Shown: one piece after another, positions 9,027 through 17,581 of the stretch
Position numbering within the stretch: the stretch's first letter is position 1
How the letters are laid out: the number at the start of each line of letters is the position of its first letter
Assembly (NCBI GenBank): GCA_963606545.1
Contig: CAVCYP010000001.1
Location: 1,613-65,612 of the forward strand
Length of the DNA stretch: 64,000 bases
DNA from: Sphaerochaetaceae bacterium
Lineage (GTDB): Bacteria; Spirochaetota; Spirochaetia; Sphaerochaetales; Sphaerochaetaceae
Direction: 5' to 3'
Program-made: the position numbers and the translations under genes
Notes under the pieces: generated by a model
Told to the model about the DNA's origin: nothing
What the model saw: the letters and a program-made list of their open reading frames with translations, nothing else
Database searches by the model: none

Positions 9027-9832
9027 AAGAGATTTTGACAGCACCTTGGATGGTTGAGATGATTCGCACCACCACCAACATGTACAACCATGGTTGGGAT
9101 GAAAGAAACGGTGGCAATATTAGTTTATTATTAGAGGAAGCTTCTGTCCTTGAATATGTTGACGGCACTGTTATTAGAGAGCTGGAGACAGGCTTCTCCT
9201 GCCCAGAATTGGAAGGTAAATATTTTCTAGTTACCGGAACCGGAAAGTACTTCAAGAATGTCCAATATGAACCAGAAGTCAACCTTGGACTTGTGAAGCT
9301 AGTCAATAAAGGCAAGACCGCCCAGCTCCTTTGGGGATTCTCAGACGGTGGCCGTTTCACCTCTGAATTTCCAGCTCACATGATGAGTCATGCAGCCAGG
9401 CTCAAGGTCTGTGCTAGTAATAGAGTTGTTATGCACTGTCATCCAAGTAATTTACTGGCAATGACTTACGTTCATAGCCTAGAGGAAAAAGCCTTTACTC
9501 GCACCCTCTGGCAAATGTGCACAGAATGCATTGTTGTCTTCCCAGATGGCGTCAACGTTCTGCCTTGGATGCTGTGTGGCACCAATGAAATTGGTCAAGC
9601 CACAGCAAAAAAGATGGAAACCGCCCGCCTTGTAGTCTGGGCGCAACATGGCATCTACGGCGCCGGTGCTAACCTAGATGAGACCTTTGGCTTAATTGAA
9701 ACAGCAGAAAAGGCTGCAGAAATCTACATGAAGATTGCCCATCTTCCACTAGTGAACACCATCACAGATGACCAGCTGCACCAGCTTGAGGCCCACTTCA
9801 AGGTCCAGGCCAGAGCAGGCTATCTAAACTAA
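9023..9832 (+). CDS. rhaD: Rhamnulose-1-phosphate aldolase (class II aldolase)
   Basis: 269 aa. Matches RhaD in GWDERNGGN, VTGTGKYFKNV, SEFPAHMMSH, MHCHPSNLLAMTY, VVFPDGVNVLPWM and LDETFGLIETAEKAA. Confidence 0.9.
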   Translation: MKEILTAPWMVEMIRTTTNMYNHGWDERNGGNISLLLEEASVLEYVDGTVIRELETGFSCPELEGKYFLVTGTGKYFKNVQYEPEVNLGLVKLVNKGKTAQLLWGFSDGGRFTSEFPAHMMSHAARLKVCASNRVVMHCHPSNLLAMTYVHSLEEKAFTRTLWQMCTECIVVFPDGVNVLPWMLCGTNEIGQATAKKMETARLVVWAQHGIYGAGANLDETFGLIETAEKAAEIYMKIAHLPLVNTITDDQLHQLEAHFKVQARAGYLN

Positions 9833-9848
9833 AACTCCCTAGCTTGTC

Positions 9849-9896
9849 AAAATTTCCCGAGAAATCACAAAATTTTCACTTTTCTCGGGAAATTTT
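9849..9896. terminator. 16-bp perfect inverted repeat between convergent rhaD and the CBS-ACT gene; bidirectional terminator candidate
   Basis: aaaatttcccgagaaa (9849-9864) pairs with tttctcgggaaatttt (9881-9896) across a 16-nt loop. Both arms end in A/T runs. Confidence 0.55.
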
Positions 9897-9975
9897 CCAG
9901 AGAAATTGAATTTTTAAGGCTTTTCTCGGGAATTTGAGACCAATTCTTTAATCTTTGATGTGGACTAGTGAGAAC

Positions 9976-10644
9976 TCAGAATGAAAGATGTAGCAGCTTG
10001 TTGGACTCCTCAACGTCCATGATTTCAAGGGCAAAAGGCTTGATGAGGTCAACAAGGGCGCTACCGGAAATGCCAGCAACCTTGATGGAGATACATCTGT
10101 TGGAAGGATCCGTTCCAGCAAAGCAGGAGCAGGTAATCAGGTCCAACTGCTGTGCGCTAATCTTTCCAATGATTTCTGAGAGCACACCCTTCCCTTCTTT
10201 TACCATGAAGGTGATAGTGGTTCCGTTGATACGAGAGCCAAACGTTTCAAGAAGCATCTTGAAAAGATCGCTCTTGGAGACTATGCCCACAAGATGCTCG
10301 CCCTCGAGAACAGGGAGGCAGGAGAGGTCCTGGTCTACCATGAGCGTTGCAGCAGCCTCAACTGTGGTATCCTTGGTAATGGTAACTGGATTTCTGCTCA
10401 TAATCTTCTTAACTGTAAGCTTGGAAAGAAGATAGTTTGTCTCATAGGTACTTAAGGTAGTAGCTGGGGATGGAGCTGCTCTAAGAATATCCTTTTCAGA
10501 GATAACGCCAACCAATTTACCGTACTTATCCAAAACTGGGAGGCGGTGAACATGCTCTTTAGCCATTAAGTCACTTGCATCTTGAATAGAAATGTCAGGG
10601 GTGCAAGTAATAGGATTCTTTGTCATTCTGCTTTCAATAATCAT
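9976..10644 (-). CDS. CBS-CBS-ACT domain protein (AcuB-like)
   Basis: The track ORF 9976..10800 overlaps livF. The internal ATG at 10644 is preceded by GGAGG (10649-10653, complement) and lies 14 nt after the livF stop. The protein MIIESRMTKNPITC... has two CBS repeats (HRLPVLD, LSCLPVLE) and a C-terminal ACT-like fold. Confidence 0.8.
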   Translation of the reverse strand: MIIESRMTKNPITCTPDISIQDASDLMAKEHVHRLPVLDKYGKLVGVISEKDILRAAPSPATTLSTYETNYLLSKLTVKKIMSRNPVTITKDTTVEAAATLMVDQDLSCLPVLEGEHLVGIVSKSDLFKMLLETFGSRINGTTITFMVKEGKGVLSEIIGKISAQQLDLITCSCFAGTDPSNRCISIKVAGISGSALVDLIKPFALEIMDVEESNKLLHLSF

Positions 10645-10657
10645 AAGACCTCCAAAA

Positions 10658-11410
10658 TTATTCGCCAAGATAGGCAGCACGAACCCGCTCATTTTTGAGC
10701 AAGGCATGAGCCTTATCCTGAAGAACAATAACTCCGTTTTCCATGACGTAACCGTCGTCAGCACTCTTAAGTGCCAGCCTAGCGTTCTGCTCAACAACAA
10801 GGACAGTTACTTTGTCTTCCTTGTTGATTTGGCACAGTTTGCTAAAGATGTCGTGAACAATCAACGGTGCCAAGCCAAGGCCAGGCTCATCTAATAGCAA
10901 CAGTCTAGGACTCACCATGAGGGCTCTTGCAACGGCGAGCATCTGCTGTTCACCACCGGAAAGGCTTCTTGCCTTTTGCTTCCTACGAGTGCCTAAAATG
11001 GGGAAGAAGTCGAACATTTCTTGCTTCTTGTTCTTAATTAGGCTATCGTCCTTCAGCATAAAGGCTCCCATGTCTAGGTTTTCCTCTACGGTGAGGTCGG
11101 CAAAGACTCGGCGTCCTTCAGGAACCAGAGCTATACCCTTTTTAACTACATTATACGTCGGAATTCCGTGAAAGTGTCCATCTTTTACAGAATAAAGTAC
11201 ATTTTCATCATAAGTGATGGATCCAGAGACCAAAGGCTCCTGTCCAACAATGGCTTTTAGTAAGGTTGACTTACCTGCACCATTGGCTCCAATGAGGGAA
11301 ACAAAGGTTCCTTCATTGACAGACATTGAGACTCCATGAAGAGCTTTGATGTTTCCATAACTTACGGCAATATTGTCTATCTTTAAGAGAACTTTGTCAG
11401 ACATGGTCAC
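10658..11410 (-). CDS. livF: Branched-chain amino-acid ABC transporter, ATP-binding protein LivF
   Basis: 250 aa. Walker A GANGAGKST, signature LSGGEQQML, Walker B LLLLDEP. Follows livG with a 4-nt overlap. Confidence 0.9.
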   Translation of the reverse strand: MTMSDKVLLKIDNIAVSYGNIKALHGVSMSVNEGTFVSLIGANGAGKSTLLKAIVGQEPLVSGSITYDENVLYSVKDGHFHGIPTYNVVKKGIALVPEGRRVFADLTVEENLDMGAFMLKDDSLIKNKKQEMFDFFPILGTRRKQKARSLSGGEQQMLAVARALMVSPRLLLLDEPGLGLAPLIVHDIFSKLCQINKEDKVTVLVVEQNARLALKSADDGYVMENGVIVLQDKAHALLKNERVRAAYLGE

Positions 11411-12231
11411 ACCTCCTCTGAAACGCCAGAATCATCGTCAGAATCATCATCCAAGTCATCATCGTCATCAGTGCCCAAATAAGCCTGAATGACTGCTGGG
11501 TTAGTCTGAATACTGCTAGGCGTGCCCTGAGCAATCTTTTGACCATAGTTAAGAACCGTGATGTTGTCGCAGATATTCATCACCAGCTTCATGTCATGCT
11601 CAATGAGAACCACTGTGACGCCTAGGTCGCGGATTCTACGGATAGTCTTCATAAGATTATCGGTTTCCTGCGGGTTCATGCCGGCAGCTGGCTCGTCCAA
11701 AAAGAGTAGCTTGGGCTCGGTGGCAAGCGCGCGGGCAATCTCCAATTCGCGCTGATAGCCGTACGGAAGGCTTCCGGCAGCCTCGTCGCGTAGCTTTTCA
11801 AGGCCAAAAAATTCCAGCCATTTGGTAGCGTTGGCCATCTCTTCCCGCTTTTCCTTCTCTACATTTACAAAGGAGACTAGAGCTTGCAAAGTTCTGTTTT
11901 TGATATTCCCGGTATGAAAATGCCTGCCCACCATGACGTTATCAAGCACGCTGAGCTCTTTAAAAAGTCTAATATTCTGGAAGGTTCGGGCAATTCCAAG
12001 CCGACAAACCTTGTTGGCTGGCATTCCGGTGATGTCTTTGTCTTCAAAGATAACCTTTCCTGAAGAGGGAACATCCAGACCAGTGATGTTATTAAACAAG
12101 GTGGTCTTACCGGCACCGTTTGGGCCAATTAGACCGGTAATCATGTTCTTTTCAACCGTGAAATCTACTCTGTTTACAGCAATGATTCCGCCAAACTCGC
12201 GGGTCAAAGCTTTAGTTTCTAACATGCTCAT
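11407..12231 (-). CDS. livG: Branched-chain amino-acid ABC transporter, ATP-binding protein LivG, with a poly-acidic C-terminal tail
   Basis: 274 aa. GPNGAGKTT, LPYGYQRELEIARAL, LLFLDEPAAG. The tail reads GTDDDDDLDDDSDDDSGVSEEV. Confidence 0.9.
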   Translation of the reverse strand: MSMLETKALTREFGGIIAVNRVDFTVEKNMITGLIGPNGAGKTTLFNNITGLDVPSSGKVIFEDKDITGMPANKVCRLGIARTFQNIRLFKELSVLDNVMVGRHFHTGNIKNRTLQALVSFVNVEKEKREEMANATKWLEFFGLEKLRDEAAGSLPYGYQRELEIARALATEPKLLFLDEPAAGMNPQETDNLMKTIRRIRDLGVTVVLIEHDMKLVMNICDNITVLNYGQKIAQGTPSSIQTNPAVIQAYLGTDDDDDLDDDSDDDSGVSEEV

Positions 12232-13133
12232 GCCTTGACCTCCTGCTTCACCTTGTTATTTCTCTTCTTTCTTCCCAGAATTCCCTGAGGTCTGTAGATC
12301 ATCATAAGAACTAGGATGAGACCAAAGATAATCTGTTTTGCCTGAGCTGGGATGACGTTGGAAAGTCCAACCAGCTGTGGAAGGTAAGAGATAAACTGAA
12401 TAATAAAGGCTCCAAGAATGACTGCCAAGAAATTTCCCATACCACCAAGCACCACAGTACAAAGGACCATAATGGAAACCATAAATACATAGGAACCAGG
12501 AGAAACGGAAAGGACAAATTCTGCCTGAAGACAGCCCGCAATACCGGAAATTCCTGCACCAATGGCAAAGGAGAAGACCTTGTATTTGGTAACATTAATT
12601 CCCATAGAAGCTGCAGCAATCTCGTCCTCTCTTATAGCCTCAAGAGCTCTTCCCATACGGGAATTCACAAGGCGTTCCAAGAGGAACCAGCAAATTGCTA
12701 GCATAATTATTTCCATCAGCAAAAATCCATACTTTGTATAGGGACTAATCTTTGTACCAAAAAGAGTTATCATTGAAATCTTTTGAATTCCCATAGGGCC
12801 GTTAGTAAGAGAGTCCCAGTTGTTAATCACGGTTCTGACAATTTCAGCAAAACCCAGAGTAGCAATGGCAAGGTAGTCTCCCTTAAGGCGCAAAGTTGGA
12901 AGGCCAATGAGAACGCCCATCAAAGCACTGAGAAGTACAGCAACAGGAATCGTAGCCCAGAAGGACCAACCTAGCTTGGTAACCAGAATTGCTGTTGTGT
13001 AACTGCCAATGGCAAAGAAGCCAGCAGCGCACAAGGAGAGCATTCCGGTATAACCGGTAATGAGATTCTGCCCCAGGGACATGAAAGCGTAGATACATGT
13101 ATAAATTAGTATAAGAAGAAAGAAATTTAACAT
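12228..13133 (-). CDS. livM: Branched-chain amino-acid ABC transporter permease LivM
   Basis: 301-aa polytopic membrane protein. Position and LivM-like sequence (GYTGMLSLCAAGFFAIGSY). Confidence 0.85.
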   Translation of the reverse strand: MLNFFLLILIYTCIYAFMSLGQNLITGYTGMLSLCAAGFFAIGSYTTAILVTKLGWSFWATIPVAVLLSALMGVLIGLPTLRLKGDYLAIATLGFAEIVRTVINNWDSLTNGPMGIQKISMITLFGTKISPYTKYGFLLMEIIMLAICWFLLERLVNSRMGRALEAIREDEIAAASMGINVTKYKVFSFAIGAGISGIAGCLQAEFVLSVSPGSYVFMVSIMVLCTVVLGGMGNFLAVILGAFIIQFISYLPQLVGLSNVIPAQAKQIIFGLILVLMMIYRPQGILGRKKRNNKVKQEVKA

Positions 13134-14065
13134 CAGACCTTCTCCTTTTCCACTTTACCAAGAAGTCCTTCAGGTTTAAGCAGAAGAATTAAAATCAAAA
13201 CAGCAAAGGCAATTGCATCTTTAAAGCCCTGAGGAATTCCAAGAATTGCAACTCCAAAGGTCTCAAGTAATCCAAGTAAGAAGCCCCCCAACATGGCACC
13301 GGTAATGTTGCCAATACCACCAACAACGGCAGCAACAAAGGCCTTAAGTCCAACCATTGTTCCCATTGTGGCATAGACCTTGTAATCAAGAGCAATGAGC
13401 ATACCACCACAGGCAGCAAGGGCAGAACCAATTCCAAAGGTAAGGGAAATAATCATATCTGAGTTAATTCCCATAAGCTTTGCAGTCTCTCCATCCAGAG
13501 CTGTGGCACGCATAGCCTTACCCATACGAGTCTTATCTACAAAAATCTTAAGTAAAACCATCATTGCAACTGCAACAACAAGCACCATAATCTGGTGAGG
13601 AGTAATGACAACACCACCAATTGAGATTGGAGAGTTATCAAACGGATACTCCAGCTTTCTTGAGTGAGTTCCAAACAGCCAAGCTGCACTGTTAGATAAA
13701 ATAAAAGAAACACCAATAGCAGAAAGCAGTGGAGCAAGTCTTGAGCCCTTTCTAAGTGGCTTATAAGCAATTTTCTCTATTACCATACCAAGCAGTGCAC
13801 AACAAAGCATGGAAACTAGCATTGCAATAAAGAAAGCGATAATCCACCAAGTTCCCATGGGTGTAGAGCCTCTGAGGGCATCAAAGACAAAAAGGCCAAC
13901 ATAGGCCCCAACCATGAGAATATCGCCATGAGCAAAGTTTATAAATTTAAGTATTCCGTAAACCATGGTGTAACCTAGTGCTATGAGTGCATAGATTCCA
14001 CCAAGGGTCAAACCATTCATGAGATGCTGAAAAAAAGTACTGACAGACCCCACGCAAACCTCCAT
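13133..14065 (-). CDS. livH: Branched-chain amino-acid ABC transporter permease LivH
   Basis: 310 aa. The N-terminus FFQHLMNGLTLGGIYALIALGYTMVYG matches the LivH N-terminus. Confidence 0.85.
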   Translation of the reverse strand: MEVCVGSVSTFFQHLMNGLTLGGIYALIALGYTMVYGILKFINFAHGDILMVGAYVGLFVFDALRGSTPMGTWWIIAFFIAMLVSMLCCALLGMVIEKIAYKPLRKGSRLAPLLSAIGVSFILSNSAAWLFGTHSRKLEYPFDNSPISIGGVVITPHQIMVLVVAVAMMVLLKIFVDKTRMGKAMRATALDGETAKLMGINSDMIISLTFGIGSALAACGGMLIALDYKVYATMGTMVGLKAFVAAVVGGIGNITGAMLGGFLLGLLETFGVAILGIPQGFKDAIAFAVLILILLLKPEGLLGKVEKEKV

Positions 14066-14131
14066 TTACAAAGGCCCTCCCCTAGAAGAAAGGGAAGAGC
14101 CTTTAACAAAACTGTCCAATATTACTAAATA

Positions 14132-15292
14132 TTACTGAACCTGAACAATCTTTCCATTCTCAACAGTAAAGGCACCAACATAAACTGGAGTTGTACCCTC
14201 TACCTCATAGATGCCCTGATAAGCTACAAGGTCACCATTTTCAGCAAAGTTGATAATTCCGTTTACTCCTTCAAAATCCTTAACCTGCTGCATACCCTTC
14301 TTGATAGCCTCACGGTTTGTGCCAACCTTCTCAATAACTGAAGCCAAAATGTAGGTTGCATCGTAAGAGTTAGAAGCAAACGAATCAGGACCTACGCCCC
14401 ATTTTGCCGTGTAATTCTCTTTGAAGACCTTATTCTTGTCAGACTCTTCAATCTTTGCAGAAGCGGTGTAAACAACGCCATCTGTGTACTGACCAGCAAG
14501 GTCATAAATCTCTTCACTCAAGAAGCCGTCACCAGAAAGGAAAGGCTTATCAATACCAAGCTGGGCTGCCTGCTCAAGAATCTGAGCCATCTCTGCCGTG
14601 TAATCTGGAATGTAGATTGCCTCAGCCTCTGTATTCTTAAGGTTGGTCAACTGAGTCTTGAAATCCTTATCTCCAACCATGAAAGTCTCAGTTGCAACAA
14701 TCTGACCACCATCTTCCGTGAAAGCTTCACTCATGCTCTCATACAAACCTTGGCTGTAATCGTTCTTGGCGTACAAAACTGCAAGCTTTCTGTAACCCAG
14801 CACCTCATACCAATACTTACCGGCAACTTCACCCTGAAGTCCATCAGAAGGCGTAGTTCTGAAAATGTAATCGCCAACGTTCGTGATATCCTTATGAGAG
14901 GCCGATGGTGTTATGATAACAATGCCTTCAGCCTGCGCACGCTCTGCGACGGAGAAAGACTCACCAGTGAGAACTGGACCAATAACAGCACAAACTTTGT
15001 CAGAAGAACTGAGTTTTTCCATAGCTGCAAGAGCCTTCTGGGAATCGCCTTCGCTATCTTCAGCATAAAGCTTTACCTGTACACCGTTTATACCACCATT
15101 GGTGTTGATTTCATCAATCGCCATTTGTACAGCCTGCTTACATAGAGTTCCATAGTTCGCATAGTCTCCGGTAAGTGGTCCAATAAATCCAATCTTAATG
15201 GAATCGCTGGAACTACTCTCTTGATCACCACCAGCGAAACACATTGAAACAAACACAAAAGCAACCAACATCAAAACGACGATTTTCTTCAT
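14132..15292 (-). CDS. Branched-chain amino-acid ABC transporter substrate-binding (lipo)protein, LivJ/K-like
   Basis: The preferred start is the ATG at 15292 (MKKIVVLMLVAFVFVSMCFAGG...), with AGGAG 8 nt upstream. Type I periplasmic binding fold (IKIGFIGPLTGDYANYG). Confidence 0.85.
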   Translation of the reverse strand: MKKIVVLMLVAFVFVSMCFAGGDQESSSSDSIKIGFIGPLTGDYANYGTLCKQAVQMAIDEINTNGGINGVQVKLYAEDSEGDSQKALAAMEKLSSSDKVCAVIGPVLTGESFSVAERAQAEGIVIITPSASHKDITNVGDYIFRTTPSDGLQGEVAGKYWYEVLGYRKLAVLYAKNDYSQGLYESMSEAFTEDGGQIVATETFMVGDKDFKTQLTNLKNTEAEAIYIPDYTAEMAQILEQAAQLGIDKPFLSGDGFLSEEIYDLAGQYTDGVVYTASAKIEESDKNKVFKENYTAKWGVGPDSFASNSYDATYILASVIEKVGTNREAIKKGMQQVKDFEGVNGIINFAENGDLVAYQGIYEVEGTTPVYVGAFTVENGKIVQVQ

Positions 15293-15450
15293 ACTTGAAT
15301 CTCCTATATCGCTAAAATTAATGAACGCAATATACAAAAATCAGTATTTTTATTCAACGATTCCATGTTATAGAAAAAACAAAAATGTAAATTTCGTAAA
15401 ATTTTTGTCCCATCTAACACAATATTGACAATAATTTTAACATATGTAAA

Positions 15451-16809
15451 ATGCTGATTGTCATGGAAAATTCAATCAAAGAAAACAAGTTAGGTGTAAT
15501 GCCAATTGGCAAACTTTTAGCGAGCATGTCCATTCCAACAATGTTCTCAATGCTCATCCAAGCTCTCTATAATATAGTAGATAGTATTTTTGTATCTCAA
15601 TACAGCGAAAAAGCTTTAACAGCCGTATCCCTTGCCTTCCCAATGCAGAACCTTATGTGTGCCTTTGCCGTTGGAATAAGTGTTGGCATTTGTTCCGTTA
15701 TTTCTAGAAGACTTGGAGAAAAAGATGAAGAGGCTGCCCGCAAAGCAGCTGAAACAGGTTACACCATCCTTTTGGTATGTACGGTAGCTTTCATGATAAT
15801 TGGTGCAGTTTTCTCGGAGCCCTTTTTCCGCCTTTATACGAAAGATGAAGAATTGGTTTCCCTTGCAACCCACTACCTTAGAATTTGTCTTATTCTTTCA
15901 GTTGGATGTTTTTTAGGTGTATACAGTGAGAAAGTACTCCAAAGTACTGGAGATACAATTCACCCAATGATAATTCAGCTAACTGGTGCTATCTTTAATA
16001 TCATATTTGACCCAATCATGATTTTTGGATACTTTGGTTGCCCTGCAATGGGAATTGACGGTGCAGCCTATGCAACAGTTTTAGGACAGATTCTTTCAAT
16101 GTTCATTGGAGCCTTCTACGTCAAACGAAACCAATACGTAAAGATAAAATATTCAAAAGTTAAATTTGATAAAACAGCCTGCAAAGACATCCTTCAGGTT
16201 GGAATTCCGTCTGTTATAATGCAGGGCATTGGTACAGTAATGACAAGTCTTATGAATGGCATTTTGATAGCCTATGATGTCATTGCCACCACAGTTTTTG
16301 GGGTCTACTTCAAACTACAGTCCTTCATTTTCATGCCAGTCTTTGGCTTAAACAGCGGACTTATGCCAATTCTTGCCTATAACTATGGAGCCAAAAATAA
16401 AGCAAGAATGATGAAAGCTCTTAAGCTTGGAATGGCAGTAGCCTTTCTAATTATGGTGTTAGGAATGTTGGCCTTCATCCTTATTCCAGATGTCCTTTTG
16501 AGCATGTTCAATGCCTCTGAAAATCTGCTCAAAGTTGGTGAAATTGCTCTAAGAAGAATCTCCTACTCCTTCCCAATTGCAGCCTTCATCATTGTTATTG
16601 GCTCACTTTTCCAGGCAATGGGAGACGGATATCTTAGCATGATAACTTCAATTGTTCGTCAGATTGCAATTCTTGTTCCCTGCGCATGGGTTTTAGGAAA
16701 GCTCTTTGGACTAGACGCAATTTGGTTTTCCTTCATCATTGCAGAAGTTCTTGCCATGATAATGAACATTTTCTTTGTTAAAAAAGAGATGAAGAAGATT
16801 AATTTCTAA
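15451..16809 (+). CDS. MATE-family multidrug/efflux transporter
   Basis: 452 aa, about 12 TM. MATE-like N-terminus (PIGKLLASMSIPTMFSMLIQALYNIVDSIFV). The true start may be the ATG at 15463. Confidence 0.85.
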   Translation: MLIVMENSIKENKLGVMPIGKLLASMSIPTMFSMLIQALYNIVDSIFVSQYSEKALTAVSLAFPMQNLMCAFAVGISVGICSVISRRLGEKDEEAARKAAETGYTILLVCTVAFMIIGAVFSEPFFRLYTKDEELVSLATHYLRICLILSVGCFLGVYSEKVLQSTGDTIHPMIIQLTGAIFNIIFDPIMIFGYFGCPAMGIDGAAYATVLGQILSMFIGAFYVKRNQYVKIKYSKVKFDKTACKDILQVGIPSVIMQGIGTVMTSLMNGILIAYDVIATTVFGVYFKLQSFIFMPVFGLNSGLMPILAYNYGAKNKARMMKALKLGMAVAFLIMVLGMLAFILIPDVLLSMFNASENLLKVGEIALRRISYSFPIAAFIIVIGSLFQAMGDGYLSMITSIVRQIAILVPCAWVLGKLFGLDAIWFSFIIAEVLAMIMNIFFVKKEMKKINF

Positions 16810-16830
16810 AAACTTAAAAATTTAAAAACT

Positions 16831-17571
16831 TTAGAGGGCGGCGTATTTTTGCTTAATGCCGTCCTCAACGTAAGTTATCATATTGCTTACCGCATCCCGG
16901 TCAGTATTCAAAGGAGCCTGAATAGCCGGCGCAAAATCAATATAGCAGGTGGTATGCTGAAAGCATCTTTTTCTACTTTCAAGGGAGGTTCTAAGCCCCT
17001 TAATTGTCACAGGTACAATCTGGGCGCCAGACTCAGTTGCAAGTCTGAACGAGCCATGTCTAAAGTTGTGAATCTCACCCGTCTTGCTACGGCTCCCCTC
17101 TGGGAAAATGCACATTGGACAGCCCTTTTTGACCTTCAAAACAGCCTTTTTGATAGTTTCAACGCCCTTTTTCAAGCTCTTTCTATCAATAAAAACGGAA
17201 TTTACAGCCATAATCCAAAGATTAACGCCAGGCACAAACCTCAGCTCCTCTTTAGCCACAAACCCACAATGCACGCCAAGGGACAACAGCGCCGGAATAT
17301 CCAGCAAACTGGTATGATTTGACACAAAGCACAACGCCTGACCACTCTTACTCATGGCCACCGCCTGCTCAAAGTTCCCAGAAGTCTGAATCTTCACGCC
17401 TACAAGCTTCATCACAAAGTCCGATAACCCTGAAGCCGCCCTAAAGGTCCACTTTTCGCCAAACTTTTTGAGACCAAAAAGCTTAAAAAGATAACCAGGA
17501 ATAATACCAAACACTACAGAGACTAGAAAAGCTGGAATAACTAACAACCAAGCCCAAAAAAGGTATGCCAT
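16831..17571 (-). CDS. plsC: 1-acyl-sn-glycerol-3-phosphate acyltransferase
   Basis: 246 aa. HX4D motif NHTSLLD and the FPEGSRS motif. Confidence 0.8.
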   Translation of the reverse strand: MAYLFWAWLLVIPAFLVSVVFGIIPGYLFKLFGLKKFGEKWTFRAASGLSDFVMKLVGVKIQTSGNFEQAVAMSKSGQALCFVSNHTSLLDIPALLSLGVHCGFVAKEELRFVPGVNLWIMAVNSVFIDRKSLKKGVETIKKAVLKVKKGCPMCIFPEGSRSKTGEIHNFRHGSFRLATESGAQIVPVTIKGLRTSLESRKRCFQHTTCYIDFAPAIQAPLNTDRDAVSNMITYVEDGIKQKYAAL

Positions 17572-17581
17572 CTACAAACTC

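Noticed and set aside
9968-10435. 155-aa plus-strand ORF opposite the CBS-ACT gene
   Set aside because: Antisense to a gene with clear CBS/ACT motifs. No RBS and no recognisable domain.
10645-10800. N-terminal extension of the CBS-ACT ORF (track start 10800)
   Set aside because: The extension overlaps the 3' end of livF by ~140 nt and encodes non-CBS sequence. The internal ATG at 10644 has a GGAGG RBS and yields a canonical CBS N-terminus.
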